Assembly: GCF_018350175.1 (NCBI RefSeq)
Contig: NC_058383.1
Location: 19,406,001-19,470,000 of the forward strand
Source: Felis catus
Lineage: Eukaryota
DNA length: 64,000 nt
Direction of reading: 5' to 3'
Shown here: positions 39,270 through 51,921 of the stretch, piece by piece
Numbering within the stretch: the stretch's first letter is position 1
Layout of the letters: each line of letters begins with the position of its first letter
Program-made: the position numbers and the translations under genes
The notes under the pieces: generated by a model
Databases searched by the model: none
The model's input: only the letters and a program-made list of their open reading frames with translations
What the model was told of the DNA's origin: nothing

Positions 39270-39680
39270 ACAAATTCATTTGCTCGCTCAATATTTATCG
39301 AACGCCTATTCTGGAGACACACAGTGAGCACATCAAAGTCTCTGCTGTTACATTCTAATGAGAGGAGACAAGCAATAAAAAAAAAAGAAAGAAAGAAAGA
39401 AAGAAAGAAATAGGTAGTGTGTCGGATGGTGCTAAGCTAAGTGCTGTGGAGAGTGAAAGGCAGAGAAGGGCAGGCGAATGGGGGAGGGGGCCAGGGGGGA
39501 AGGTGCTATTTTAGCCAGGGGGTCAGAGAGGGCCTCTGGCAAGGCAACCTTCAAGAGAAGGCCAAAGGGAGTGAAAGAGAAAGTGTGGGGATCTGGACAA
39601 AGGGGTTTTCCAGGTGGCAGGAACAGCAAGTGCAAAGGCCCTGAGGCGGGAGCGTGATGGCATGTTCGAGGGCACCTAGG
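39270..39680 (-). mobile_element. L2 fragment with (GAAA)n
   Basis: caagtgcaaaggccctgaggcgggagcgtg motif typical of L2. Confidence 0.65.
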
Positions 39681-41003
39681 TTTGAAGGGAGCCAGGATGG
39701 GCTGAGGCTGCTCCCACCCTCCTTCCTGAGGAGAGCTCTGGAGGGGGCTGAGGCTGGCTGTACCCCTGGACGCATCAAGGGAAGAAAAGAGGCCTGCCTG
39801 CTTTCGCCCTCCTGGGCTTGTGCTAAACTGACTCGGGCAGCTGTTAGCCGTGAGAGCCTCCCAGTCAGGAAGGACGGGCCCCTTGGCCTGCTGGGAGGAG
39901 ACAGGCAGCCTAGCCGGGATCTTCTCTTCTCCAATCTCTGCTGCCACCACTCGATTTGCTTCGGAGAACTTTTCCTTCTAAGGGAACGAACCTCCCACAG
40001 GGTCCATCCATCCCCGGGTTGGGTTGCGAGAAAGGACGCTCACCGCTCAGGCAGAAGCAGCCCCCAACCCCGTGAAGAGGGGGGAGCACTCAGGGGCCCC
40101 TTCCTATTTATTCAACAAATATTCCTTGAGCTTCTCCTATGGGTTGAACACTGCGCGCCAGAGACAGACGGAGACGAATGGGGTCTGGCTTCACCACCCT
40201 CCCTGACCTCATTCCCACCTCCCTTGCCCCCCACCTCTGCCTAATAGTCCTTCTGGCAGTTTCTCAGAAGCCAAGCTGCTGCTAGTTTTCCTCCTTGCTT
40301 GTGGGCATGTGTGGCCCTTCCGGGGGCCTCTCCTGACTGCCCAGGCCTTCCCGGCTGCCTCAAAGTGGCAGTTTTTCTCCCCTCCCGGGAGGGTAGAGCC
40401 CGTGCCCACACTCACCGTTGTACCTCTCAGCCCCGGACCAGTGCCTGGCACCCACGAGGAGCTCACAGAGTGTTGTGGGAAGGAAGGAACAGAAGGAAAG
40501 GGAAGCAGGAAGACAAGATCCCTGTCCAAGAACTTAGCGGGGCGGCCACTGAAAGACAACTGCTTGGATGCCGTGGGGTGAGTGCCACAAAGGGGAGGCA
40601 CAGATGCCAGGGGCCGGTGGGTAGAGTGAGGAATGCCTGGCATCACTCGGGGCTGGGCAGTCTCTACAGAGGAGAGGATACAGCACTGAATGGGAGGTGG
40701 GTGGGGGAGGGCAGGGGAGGGCCGGGAAGGGCATCCAGGCAGGAAACAGGGAGCTTATCTTGGGGTTGGGATGGAGAACGCTCAGAGCACCTTGGTTTGA
40801 TCCCAGGGGGTCTGACATTCCAGGTCTGCTTTAGGCTGGTGAAGGGCAAAGCCCACAGTGCCCGTGACAGGTGCTGGCAGGGGGTGGGGAGGGGGGGGGA
40901 AGTGGGCAGGGAAACCTCATGCTCAAGCCTGGGGCAGCACAGTGGGCTGGGAGGCCCAAATTCCATGTCCCCTCACATGCTACAGTTAAAAGTTTTGGAA
41001 TAT

Positions 41004-41215
41004 AGGGGCACTTGGGTGGTTCAGTCGGTGAAGCGTCCGACTTCGGCTCAGGTCACGATCTCACGGTCCGTGAGTTCGAGCCCCGCGTCGGGCTCTGTGC
41101 TGACAGCTTGGAGCCTGGAGCCTGCCTCCGATTCTGTGTCTCCCTCTCTCTCTGCCCCTCCCTGACACATCCCTCCCCGCCTCAAAAAATAAACATTAAA
41201 CATTTTTTTTTTTAA
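41004..41215 (+). mobile_element. CanSINE
   Basis: TSD aagttttggaatata / aagttctggaatata. Confidence 0.93.
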
Positions 41216-42299
41216 GTTCTGGAATATAAAGGAAGCAGTTCGTGTTAGCTCCCTCCCCCCATCCCCTCCCCGACCACGCGGGAGCGTGATCAGTTTCTTC
41301 CTTCTCTCTCTCCCCATGTCCCCCCTCCTTCCGTTCCTCAGGTTTGCATCTTTCAGGCTTACTGAGCATCTCCCAGCCCCTGCCAGGACAAGTCCCCTTG
41401 CCTTACAGACCTGACAGTGTAGTGAGGGGGGCCGATCCTCAACAAATGAGCCCACCACCAAATGTACGCTGTCTACCATTTCGGTCACCTTGAGCTTTAC
41501 AGGGGACACGGGACTACGGCAGGGAGGTCAGCTGAGGCCTCAAGGGGGAGGCAACACAGAACCCAAATATGAGGGACAAACAAGTTAATTTGGGGGGGGG
41601 AGATGGGAGTGTGCTCCAAGCAAAGTGGACACACACGTGATGGCCATGTGACAAGGAGGCACAAAGAGCAGGAGGGACAAGGAAGCTCTGAGGGGCTGGA
41701 CCCAGGGGAAGGGGAGCAGAGGATGACACAGGGCCGAGGGGCCGGACCACCAAAGCCACGGGGCCCACAGCAAGGAGTTTTGCCCTCGACCCCGGACCAC
41801 TGGGGAGCCACATCGGGTTACTGGGGCAGAGGGGGCGACATCGGAATGAGAGGTTGGAGGTGGCCGAGAGCAGGTGCCGGGAGCAGGTAGGAGGCTGAGG
41901 CGGGGGTTCAGACAAGAGGTGTCAGCAACATGGAGGACGTAAGGGGAAGGTGTTTTCAAGGGGAAAGGTACGGGACTTGGCGATGGGCTGGAAAAAGGAT
42001 GGCGGGGAGGGGAAGGTATGGAACGCTCTGCAGTTTCCGGCCTGTGTGATGGGAAGGGCGGCGCCGTCATCCTTGGGGGGGTGAAAGCTGGCGGGGAGAA
42101 GGGCTGACTTTGGCTTGGGGCAGCTGTGTGGAGACGCTGAGGCACCCAAGAAGAGCCATTCATGGGCTGGCAGCTGGGTATAAGGGTTTGGGGCTCAAGG
42201 CTTCATGGCACAGCGAAGATGCCCCTTCGTCCCTGCTCCCCACCCCACCCCCATCCTGGGAAGGGTTACGCCCTCCGTCAGCGGTGTCCCTGACGCCTC

Positions 42300-42670
42300 C
42301 TCACGGACTGCTCTCTGTCGCGGCCCTTATCCAAGCCGCTGTGGACGCAGCCCAGATGACTCATTCACACCCAGGTACGGGGACCGGTGATGGCTAGCAG
42401 CTCATGGCGGGTCCCTTCCCAGGAAAAAAGCCAGATTATGCTGGGCTGATGCCAAGGGTCCACAGACCCAGGCTCCTCGCTTGAACTGGGGACTCTCTGA
42501 AGCACCACCCATCCCCAGAGCTCCCTGTGGGATTACCTAGGCCTGTATCACCATTCGACCCCTCCCTCTGCTCAGCCCCACGTCCCTCATTGCCCACAGG
42601 TGCTGTTCCAGAAAACTCTCCCCAGCCAGCCTCTTCCCTCCCAGAGTCCGCTCTCCGGGGGACCAAGACA
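42300..42670 (+). mobile_element. LTR16-like (ERVL) solo LTR remnant
   Basis: ccagagctccctgtgggat...cacaggtgctgttccagaaaactctccc...cagagtccgctctccgggggaccaagaca. Confidence 0.55.
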
Positions 42671-43051
42671 GCGCATCTCTCCTCCTGGGGCTGAGGGTTG
42701 TTACATCAGAGGACGTGGATAAATGCATTTTGGATGATATGGACAATCATAACTCAGCCAGGACTCCTGCCCACAAGGTCCCGAATGAAAGACAGAACCG
42801 AGTCCCCAAAAGCATGATGGATTCCTCGCACCACAGGACCCAATTTTTAATTCTCAAGTATGGTGGCCACGGGGGTGTGCGACATAGGCCCCTCAGTCCT
42901 GGGTCTTCGTTCCGCGGCTGAGCGGCCAAGAGGGATGGTCGGGACTCGGCTGTGGAGCCGGATGCCTGGGTAGGAATCCCATCCTGCTTGTGTGAGTGGG
43001 AAATGGTATTCGTGGCTGAGTTTCCTCGGCCGTCAAACTGGGATGATGGGC

Positions 43052-43507
43052 TGGTGGCATAGTTCATGCCAGCCAAAAAGTGGAAGCAAGCCGGCTTGTC
43101 CTTCAAGGGATGAACGGAGAGACAGCAGGTGCGGGATAGCCCTACCACCTCACGTGCTCAGGTCCCCGAAAGGATCCGAGGTACTGAAACGTACCCCAGC
43201 ATGGACGGACCCCGAAAACATTATGCTTCGTGAAAGGAGCCACACGTGTATATGAAATGTCCAGAAGAGGCCAACCCATAGAGACCGAAAGTAGGTCAAC
43301 AGTCGCCAGGGCCTGGGGGAAGCAGGCAGAGGGAGTCACCGCTAACAGGTACAGGGTTTCTATCTGGGGTGACAGACGTGCTTTGGAATTCGGTAGTGGT
43401 GAGGCCCTCACGGCACTATGAATAGGCTCACCACCACCGAAGTATACACTTCAAAATGGTAAATTCTGTGGCATGGGAATTCGATCTCGATAAAAAAAAA
43501 AAAAAAC
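43052..43507 (+). mobile_element. Old L1M (L1MB-like) 3' end
   Basis: gccaaaaagtggaagcaa...gaaaacattatgct...tatatgaaatgtccagaa...tatacacttcaaaatggtaaatt plus poly(A). Confidence 0.8.
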
Positions 43508-45039
43508 ACCAGAAATGGGCACGGCGATTAAAAGCAGCCACCTTACGAACATAAACTGTTCAGGATTCGGCCTGGCTTATGACACGTGCTCGATACACGT
43601 TAGCAGTTGAGACGACGTTCATGAGACGTCTTCAGAAGTTTCTAGCTCTGACGGCACAACATCTGAACTCACGGTGGACCCCAGCCCCAGCTCCCCGAGC
43701 TAACCCCGAAGGCGTCCTATACCCCAGTCAACACCCACCTGAAATCCACGCAAAGGAAAGATGACGTAACTCTTTTAAGGACGCAACTTTCCCTTTCCCG
43801 CGTGGGCTGTGGCGGAGCTAAACTCTTTCTGGGGAGAGCAGCTGGGTGTAGGATCTGGTCTGCCTCCGGAGAGGGGCTGCTATCGCACCCTCAGAACAGG
43901 CGCCGGGCTGGTGACAATCACAAACCCTTGGACGCGTTGTCGCGGGGCGCGGTGGGGGGGGGGCGGGGGGGGGGAGGGCAGGCAAGGAACGCTGGCAGGC
44001 CGGTGGCGGAGTAAGAGGCCCGCTGATAGAGGAGTTGGTCTGCTCTAATAAAAATAGCGTTTTTATAATGTCTCGGCCGGTGTGTTTGTCAAAAGGGGAT
44101 GGCTTCAAGCTGGTGAGGAAGTCTAGGAATAGAAACTGGCTGGCAGGGAAGACGCCAGGCTTGCAGGCTGCAGGAAAGAGGGGAATTCATCTGTGCAGGA
44201 GGAAAGGAAGGGGCGGGGAGTGTCTGTTGCAGCCCCTAAAGGAACCCGTGTCCCCATCCCCAAGGCGGGTTCTAAGAGTGGAAGAGCAGCCCACAGATTC
44301 CACGGTCTCTCGGCTTCCCCCCCGCTCCCGACAACCCACGGCCCGCCACACAGATTAAAACCCGCGGAGGCTGGCAAGTCAGATGGTGGCCTATGGGGGG
44401 GCAGTATGACCGAAACAAGACCGGACAGAATCCCACATGGCCTCCATCTACTCAGACCCGGCCATGTCACTCCTAGGAAGCCTCCGGAAAGACACAGGTG
44501 TCCGAGGAGGAATGTACAAAACGCTAAAGCCCTCCCACTGGAAAACTGGCTGAATAACCCACAGTCTGGCCATAGCATACTGTAACAACCACAACAAAAA
44601 AAGACCTAGGTTTATTTGTAACACCAAGAATGGAACTCTCCCAGACACAGTTCAGGAAGGATGGGCAGGTTACGAGATACAAAAGCACATCGCTGAAGAA
44701 CCCATTCATGATGGCACCATTTCGTTAAAATACATACACTCCCAAAATACGACATGTAGTTTTTACAGATATCCTCGGGTATACAGAGGCACAAAGAAAG
44801 GTCTGGAAGGATGCACGCATGCCAAGCTCCTGACAGCAGTGACAGTCGAGGGGGAGGCCGGGAGTAGGGAGGGGTGGGAATTGGCAAAAGGGATTTGAGC
44901 CTTATCTAGAAGGCTGAAAATAATTTTCTTAAGGAACTTGTTTTCAAGCATTATTTCTGTAACTAATGACCTCCACCCACCCTACTTCCCTTCTCAAAAA
45001 AGAAAAAAAAAGCAAAAACAAATCAATGGTTCCATATTC

Positions 45040-46110
45040 CAGACGGAGGAAGCTTGACATGTCTTTCCCCTTGAATTCCAGATTCTCATATCCAGCTGCC
45101 TGCTCGAGGTCTTAACAGGTTTTAAGCTGAATTCCTGGTCTTCCCCCTAAAAGCTGCTGCCACTCCTTCCCATTTCAGGAATTAACCAATCTTTTTTTTT
45201 TTTAATATTTATTTTTGACAGAGAGAGAGAAAGAGAGAGAGAGAGTAGAGAGAGACAGGGCAGGAGCGGGGGAGGGGCAGAGAGAGAGGGAGACACAGAA
45301 TCCAAAGCAGGCTCCGGGCTCCGAGCCGTCAGCACAGAGTCCGACGTGGGGCTCGAACCCACGAGCTGTGACATCATGACCTGAGCTGAAGTCGGACGCT
45401 CCACCGACGGAGCCACCCAGGCGCCCCAGGAATTAACCAATCTTTTCCTTTCGGTTGCTCAAAACAGAAACTTAAAAGCCCTTCTTGATTCCTCTCTTTC
45501 TCTCCCACCCATAGCCGATCCAGCAACAAATCCACGTGGCTCTCCCTTCAGAGGGCTCAGGATCTAGCCCCTTCACCGCTGCCCCCAATCCCAGCCACCA
45601 TCACCACCACGTCCTGCTGAGGTCAAGTCCGTTTGGTTCTGGCCCTCTTCTGCTCAAAATGCTCCTCATTCAGACAAAAGCCCAGGTCCTTATAAAAGGC
45701 CACAAAGCCCTACACAACCTGGGCTTTACCCCTCTGTCCGTGCCTCCCACCTCCCTGCCCCTCATCCCCCCTAACTCAGCCACGCAGCCTCCTCCCTCGG
45801 GAATTTTGTCCCAGCTCTCGTCCCCTCACTGCCTTTAGGATCTGCCCCCTTCTCAGAGAGGCCTTCCTGAGGACCCCCGCCCAGCACTCCCCGCCCTCTT
45901 TCCCTGCTTTCTTTTTTTCTCTGACACCCTTCCTATTTGACTTACTCATTTGCTTAGTGTCTGCCTCCAGCCACCAGGGCTTAAGCTCCACGGGGGTGTG
46001 GACTTGTGTCTGCTGCTTCACCGCAGAATCGACCGGACCCAGGACAGTGCCTGGGACACAGCAGGTACTTGACAAATATTTGCTAAGGCGATGTAGGAAT
46101 GAGCAAACAA
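45040..46110 (+). mobile_element. L2 3' region interrupted by a CanSINE
   Basis: catatccagctgcctgctcga...ccaggacagtgcctgggacacagcaggtacttgacaaatatttg. Confidence 0.7.
45192..45427 (-). mobile_element. CanSINE
   Basis: TSD aggaattaaccaatctttt. Confidence 0.95.
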
Positions 46111-46399
46111 AGGTTTCTCCATTGGCCCCAGTCACCCCCTTGGCTCCCAGTACATATTCCTGGCTTCGAGCACAATTAACTACTGGCTGGTCCCTCAGAC
46201 TCCTGCATACGCTCGCGCGTTTGCACCAGTTCTCACCTGCCTGTTACCCCAACCCTCCTCTCCATTCATTATTCCAGGTTCAATGTCATTTCCTCCTTGA
46301 AACCCTGGCCAACCCACTTCCCCCATGCTATCCCATTGGCCCAGTTACAGGCTTTCTCCTCTGGACTCCTGTAGTTTCTCGTTGCTCCAGAGTTCATCA

Positions 46400-46620
46400 A
46401 CTGCTACCATTTATAGAATCAATGACTCTGTGCTGGCCACATGCAGTTTACAAGTATTATCTCGTTGAATCATTTTAACAGCCGATAAAGTAGGTTTTGG
46501 TATAATCTCCATTTTACAGCTATGGAAACTGAGGCACAGAGAGTCACCAGCCCAAAAGTGACCCACCTGGAATCTGAACCTAGCTCTACTGGACTCCAAA
46601 GTCTGTGTTTATACTCTTCA
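46400..46620 (-). mobile_element. MIR (one of many; others near 4900-5090, 12100-12270, 17300-17540, 19450-19650, 21360-21500, 48060-48270, 52150-52300, 55160-55380)
   Basis: ccattttacag...gaaactgaggcacagaga core. Confidence 0.75.
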
Positions 46621-47654
46621 GCATGAGGTCCCCACCATGGCTGCTGAGTGAGTCACTGAAAAAATAGGCAAACGAACCAATCAAGGGTCTCGGAGCCCTG
46701 GGCTGGGGCTGGACCACGGTGATGGCACAAGGTGGCTCTTGACACTGGCCGGCCCTTACCGACACCATCATAGAAGCTGTCCCGGGACAATGTGGCCCAG
46801 GGCAAGGAGCACGTTATATTGACATGAGCATGTGCATCAGACATGCTCATCCAGTCCTGGTCCCTCTACTTACTAGCCTTGTGACTTTGAATCTCTCTTT
46901 CATTTGTAAAACGCGCAGGGGGACTCTGGATGTTACCCTGCCCTGTGATCACAGGTGACAGCACTGAGACTCCCACGGGCCCTGTCCAGACGGTACAACC
47001 CCACCGCTAACTGCAGGCGTCTGGACCGGGAGCGGGTGCCTGACCCAAGTAGGGCCGATAATCCTGGAGAATTGGGACTGACAGGTTCAGGGAAGGTCTG
47101 ACAGCTCTCTTGAAGGCAGGAAAGTGAACTTGGGTGTTGCTTTGTGGGACCGCTTTCTGCCAGGCGATCTGAGTACGAGAGAAAGCTGCTTTGTACCAAA
47201 TGACAAGAATCACAGATGCCCACAGACATAAAGATAAGAGCCATCGAGAGAGGGTTTTCTGGGACCCTAGAAGGTCGCAGGCACTGGTTCACCATTCTCG
47301 ACACCCAGGCACATCCCCGCCCTTGGCTTCTGTGAGTTCAGCGCCCACGCTGGAGAGTCTCGTAATGAAGTGACACAGTGCTCTGCTAAAGCTAGATTGA
47401 GTTTTGTTGTTGTCGTTGTTGTTGTTTTTTAACTGAGTCCTAAGTAATACAAATACTCACCTGGCAGACTTGTTATAAGAAATGAAAGTAATATATGAAA
47501 AGCACTTACCTCAGTGCCTGGCTCGTGGCACATAAGACCCCATACGTGGTTGCTAATATGATTATTAAAATCAAGCCACAAGGACATACGATTACAGGAA
47601 CTGGACAAATGAATCAACTTGCACAGTCCTCTAAATTACTCTTCCCCTGAAGGG

Positions 47655-47995
47655 TGGCATGCCATGGCGTTCTGTCCTTGGTCCTATCCCAAGCTGTAAT
47701 TTTATCAATGGCTGGGTCTGGCTGTTGAAGGCTGTTTATTAAGTCTGCAGATGACATTCAGCTGGGAGGCACACGGAATCAACTGGATGACGGAATCTGG
47801 GTTCAGCTCAATTTCTACAGCCTAGAGATGGATCGAGAACAGCTTGATAGAATGCATCATGGCCAAGGTAAAGGTCCTACACAAGGAGAGGCACTGGGGG
47901 AGAAGCCTGGCTTGAGAAAAGTTCACGAGACAAAGACAGACTTTTAGGTAATGTGCTCAGTATGAGCTAACAGTGTGGTGTGACTGCCAAAAACA
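47655..47995 (+). mobile_element. L3/CR1 LINE reverse-transcriptase fossil
   Basis: Degenerate GSVLGP...IKSADDIQLG (cf. KFADDTKLG)...SMS*QCGVTAK (cf. NMSQQC..AAK). Confidence 0.7.
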
Positions 47996-48739
47996 ACCCC
48001 CCGCCCCCACAGCACACACAATGAGCGTGTTAGAAATTTCGTCAGAATAAGAGGAAGGGAACCAGCATGTTTTAGCACCTACTGTGTGCCAGGCCCCGCG
48101 TGAAACTCCTGATGTACTATTTCCGTGGGTAGTCTCACCAACCTAAGAGGTGGGTATTATGATCATTACTCCTGTTCGACAGGCGGGGAAGCTGAGGTTT
48201 AGAGAAGCGAATGGACTTGAACAATGGAGTAGAGGGCAGGGTTGGCATCTGAACCCAGTTCTTACCAGGAAGTGCACTCCATCCCTACATTCTACATGGA
48301 TCAGCCCATAGTTGGAACCAACTGTTTGGTTCCAACACAGTGTATTTTTAGAGAAAGATGAACCTGCTCAGATGAGGGTGGCCAGGAAGGTGAAACCTGT
48401 AACAAGAGGTCACCTTGGGATCGAATCGAGTTGGCAAGACCAAGAGCAAGCACACATGTCAGCCTCTCCTGCCCAAGCCCACAGAAATGACACCACGTGA
48501 AATCCGTAAGAGCCTGGGAAGATAAGGAGGGGTGCCCCTGGCAGATGAAAAAGGTCAAGATACCCCTGAGAAATGGATGGCAGACGGAACTGGATTAGTG
48601 CAGAAGACACACGGGCCACATCAGAAGAACTGTTGCAAGAGGGGAAGGCAATCTTGGGCTCCTTCAAACCAAGAGGCAACACATTCTCCAGGGAGAGAAG
48701 AGGGCCCGAGGTCAACGTTCAAAGACACGGACTACGCAC

Positions 48740-48926
48740 TTTTTTATTTTTCTCTATTTTAGACAGCAAGCAGAGGAGAGGGGCAGAGGGAGAAAGAGAG
48801 AGAATCTTACTCAGGCTCCGCGCTCAGTGCAGAGCCCAACAGGGGCTTGATCTCATGACCCTGGGATCGTGATCCGCGCCGAAATCAAGAGTCAGACGCT
48901 CAACTGGCTGAGCCACCCAGGAGCCC
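48740..48926 (-). mobile_element. CanSINE (older type)
   Basis: ggggcttgatctcatgaccctgggatc. Confidence 0.87.
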
Positions 48927-49684
48927 TGGAGTGCAAATTCTTGTGGGGTCACTAAGAGGTGGCTCTTTGCTCCGCTTAGCTTGGGGGATCCGTGACGGTG
49001 AGTCTCTGGAACAGAAAAGCAGGGCATATCCAGCAGGAAAAGGAAGATCCCGGGCCCACAAGACAACAAACTATTGGCACCGCCCTTCTTGCAGCAAGCC
49101 CCGCCCCTCTGACGCAATCACTGGCTGCCTAGAAAGAAATGCATCCACAGAGAAGAAAACGAGTCGCAGAACACAGAAGAGCACACATTCACAAATCACC
49201 GGACATTCCAGGAAAACTCACGCCATCAGAGAGGGGGGCCAACTCAACTAACAGGAGGGCCAACAACCAAAGAAATAGAGACGACGATGCAGAGACATTT
49301 AAGGTGCATTTCATATTCTCAGAGGGATAACGGGGGACATTGTCTCCATCAGATAAGTACAACCTCATACGGAGAAGAATTAATTAGGAATCACGAGTGA
49401 AAGATGTAATCACCAAAATAGAAAGATCAAAAGGCAGTGAACAGCAGACGAGATACAGATACGGAGAACACTCCTGAGCTGGAAGATCGGGGAGAGGCAT
49501 TTACCCAAAACACAGGAGTAAGGACGAAGAATACCGACAAAAATTAAAAGGTTGCGAATAGCCACTATTGGCAAGGTTGGAGGCATTCTCCAATATTTTT
49601 GGTAGGAGTGTAAATTAGGTTTTTCTTATGAGGCTATTTCTAGATTTCCTGCCACTTGAGCCAAAGAAATCCCTGTTGTTAAGG

Positions 49685-49908
49685 CAAGGGTCAGCCAATT
49701 CCAACCTATAGGCCAAATCTGGCCTGCCACCTATCTTTGTCAATAAAGTTTTATTGGAACACAGTCACACCCATTTGTTTACGTACTGAATATGGCTGTC
49801 TCCATGCTAGAATGACAGAGCTGAGTAGTTGTGACAGAGACAGTGTGGCCCTCGAAGCCTAAAATATATATTACCTGGCCTTTTACAGAAAAAGCTTGCT
49901 GACCCCTG
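49685..49908. mobile_element. Full-length MER58A-like hAT MITE
   Basis: Terminal inverted repeats caagggtcagc...gctgacccctg; aataaagttttattggaacacag core. Confidence 0.85.
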
Positions 49909-50151
49909 ATTTAGGCAATAGTTAGGTTTTCTGTTACATGCAGCTGCATACACTCCCAACTGCAACAATGAGTCGAATTGTACAAACAGAATGAAGTCCA
50001 AAAAGTCCAAAAAGATGAACATTCCACTGATAACTGGTTATTTCTAGGGACAAGAGTGAGATTGGGGTAAATTTCAAGGGGAATTTTCGTTCAGTGACTG
50101 AACTTGGAATTTTTACAAAGACACTCAAATTACTTGGCAATTTAATTTTTC

Positions 50152-50653
50152 TTTATTGAAAAAAATTTTTTTAATGTTTGTATTTATTTTTGAGACAGAG
50201 AGACAGCATGAGCAGGGGAGGGGAAGACAGAGAGGGAGACACAGAATCCGAAACAGGCTCCAGGCTCTGAGCTGTCAGCACAGAGCCTAACGCGGGGCTC
50301 GAATTCACAGACTGAGTGAGATCATGACCTGAGCCAAAGTCGGACGCCCAACCGACTGAGCCACCCAGGTGCCCCGCAATTTAATTTTTCTAATAAAAGA
50401 ACAATTGAGGGGTGCCTGGATGGCTCAGTTGGTTATCCGACTCTTTTTTTTTTTTTTTTTTAAGCTTCCAACTCTTGATTTCAGCTCAGGTCATGATCTT
50501 GCAGTTTGTGAGTTTGAGCCCCGAGTTAGGCTCTGTGTCGACAGTACGGAGCCTGCTTGGGATTCTCTGCCTCTCCCTCTCTCTCTGCACCTCCCCCCCC
50601 TCATGTTCTCTCTCTCTCTCTCTCTCAAAACAAATAAACTTAAAAAAAAAAAC
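50152..50653. mobile_element. Head-to-head CanSINE pair (minus 50152-50375, plus 50408-50653)
   Basis: TSDs gcaatttaatttttct and aaa(g)aacaattga. Confidence 0.92.
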
Positions 50654-50912
50654 AATTGAATTATACTGCACTTAAAAAGAGATGAATCTCACAAATCTGC
50701 TTAAAACTAAGACGACATAAAATAAGTATTTACTCTGTGATTCCATTTTTACGAAGTTAAATACAGGCAAAATTTATCTATGAGTCAAGACAGTGGATGT
50801 GGATAATACCCTTGGAGAGGTTCATGAACAGGGAGTTGGCATGAAGCTGCTAGGAATGTTCTATCTTTTGATGGAAATCCTTAAAACTATGTACTTAAGA
50901 TTTTGTACTTTG

Positions 50913-51480
50913 TCACTGCTAGGAATTTACCCAAGGGATACAGGAGTGCTGACGCATAGGGGCACTTGTACCCCAATGTTTATAGCAGCACTCTCAACAA
51001 TAGCCAAATGATGGAAAGAGCCTAAATGTCCATCAACTGATGAATGGATAAAGAAATTGTGGTTTATATACACAATGGAGTACTACATGGCAATGAGAAA
51101 GAATGAAATATGGCCCTTTGTAGCAACGTGGATGGAACTGGAGAATGTTATGCTAAGTGAAATAAGTCATACGGAGAAAGACAGATACCATGTTTTCACT
51201 CTTCTGTGGGTCCTGAGAAACTTAACAGAAGACCATGGGGGAGGGGAAGGGGGAAAAAATTATAGAGTGAAGGAGGCAAACCATAAGAGACTCTTAAAAA
51301 CTGAGGATGAACTGAGGGTTGATGGGGAGTGGGAGGGAGGGGAAAGTGGGTGATGGGCATCGAGGAGGGCACCTGCTGGGAGGAGCACTGGCTGTTGTAT
51401 GGAAACCAATTTGACAATAAATTTCATATTAAAAAAATAAATTAAAAAAATAAAATTAAGAAAATGCTAAAAAAAAAAAG
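50913..51480 (+). mobile_element. 5'-truncated felid L1 (ORF2 C-terminus plus 3' UTR) inserted in an older L1M end
   Basis: LLGIYPRD...CTPMFIAALSTIAK*WKEPKCPSTDEWIKK...TWMELENVMLSEIS; A-rich tail. Confidence 0.93.
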
Positions 51481-51697
51481 AGGGGTATGCACTTTGTTGT
51501 ATGTAAGTTATATCTCAATAAATAAAAAGCCAAAAAGAAGAATGGAAGGTAGGCATTTCTAATTGTCCCATAGCATGACGCTAATTCCGAAATATACGTA
51601 GGTGCACACAAAAAAGCCAGAAGGAAACATGAAAACAAGTAATAGTGATTATCTAGATGGTAGGATGACGACAGATGGGTGTACCTTTCCATATTTT

Positions 51698-51921
51698 CCT
51701 TTTTTCTTTTTTTTTAAGCTTATTTACTATTTACTTTGAGAGAGAGAGAGCAAGAATGCGGGACGGGAAGGGGGAGAGAGAGAGGGAGAGAGAATTCCAA
51801 GCAGGCTCCTCACTGTGAGCATGGAACCCGATGCAGGGCCAAAATCCATGAACCGCGAGACCATGACCTGAGCCAAAACCAAGAGTCAGGTGCTTAACTG
51901 ACTGAGCCACCCAGACACCCC
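51698..51921 (-). mobile_element. CanSINE
   Basis: Reverse-strand SINE. Confidence 0.88.

Noticed and set aside
40299-41165. 288-aa plus-strand ORF (and 39654..40244)
   Set aside because: Compositionally biased GC-rich translation ending in a SINE; no domain or splice support.
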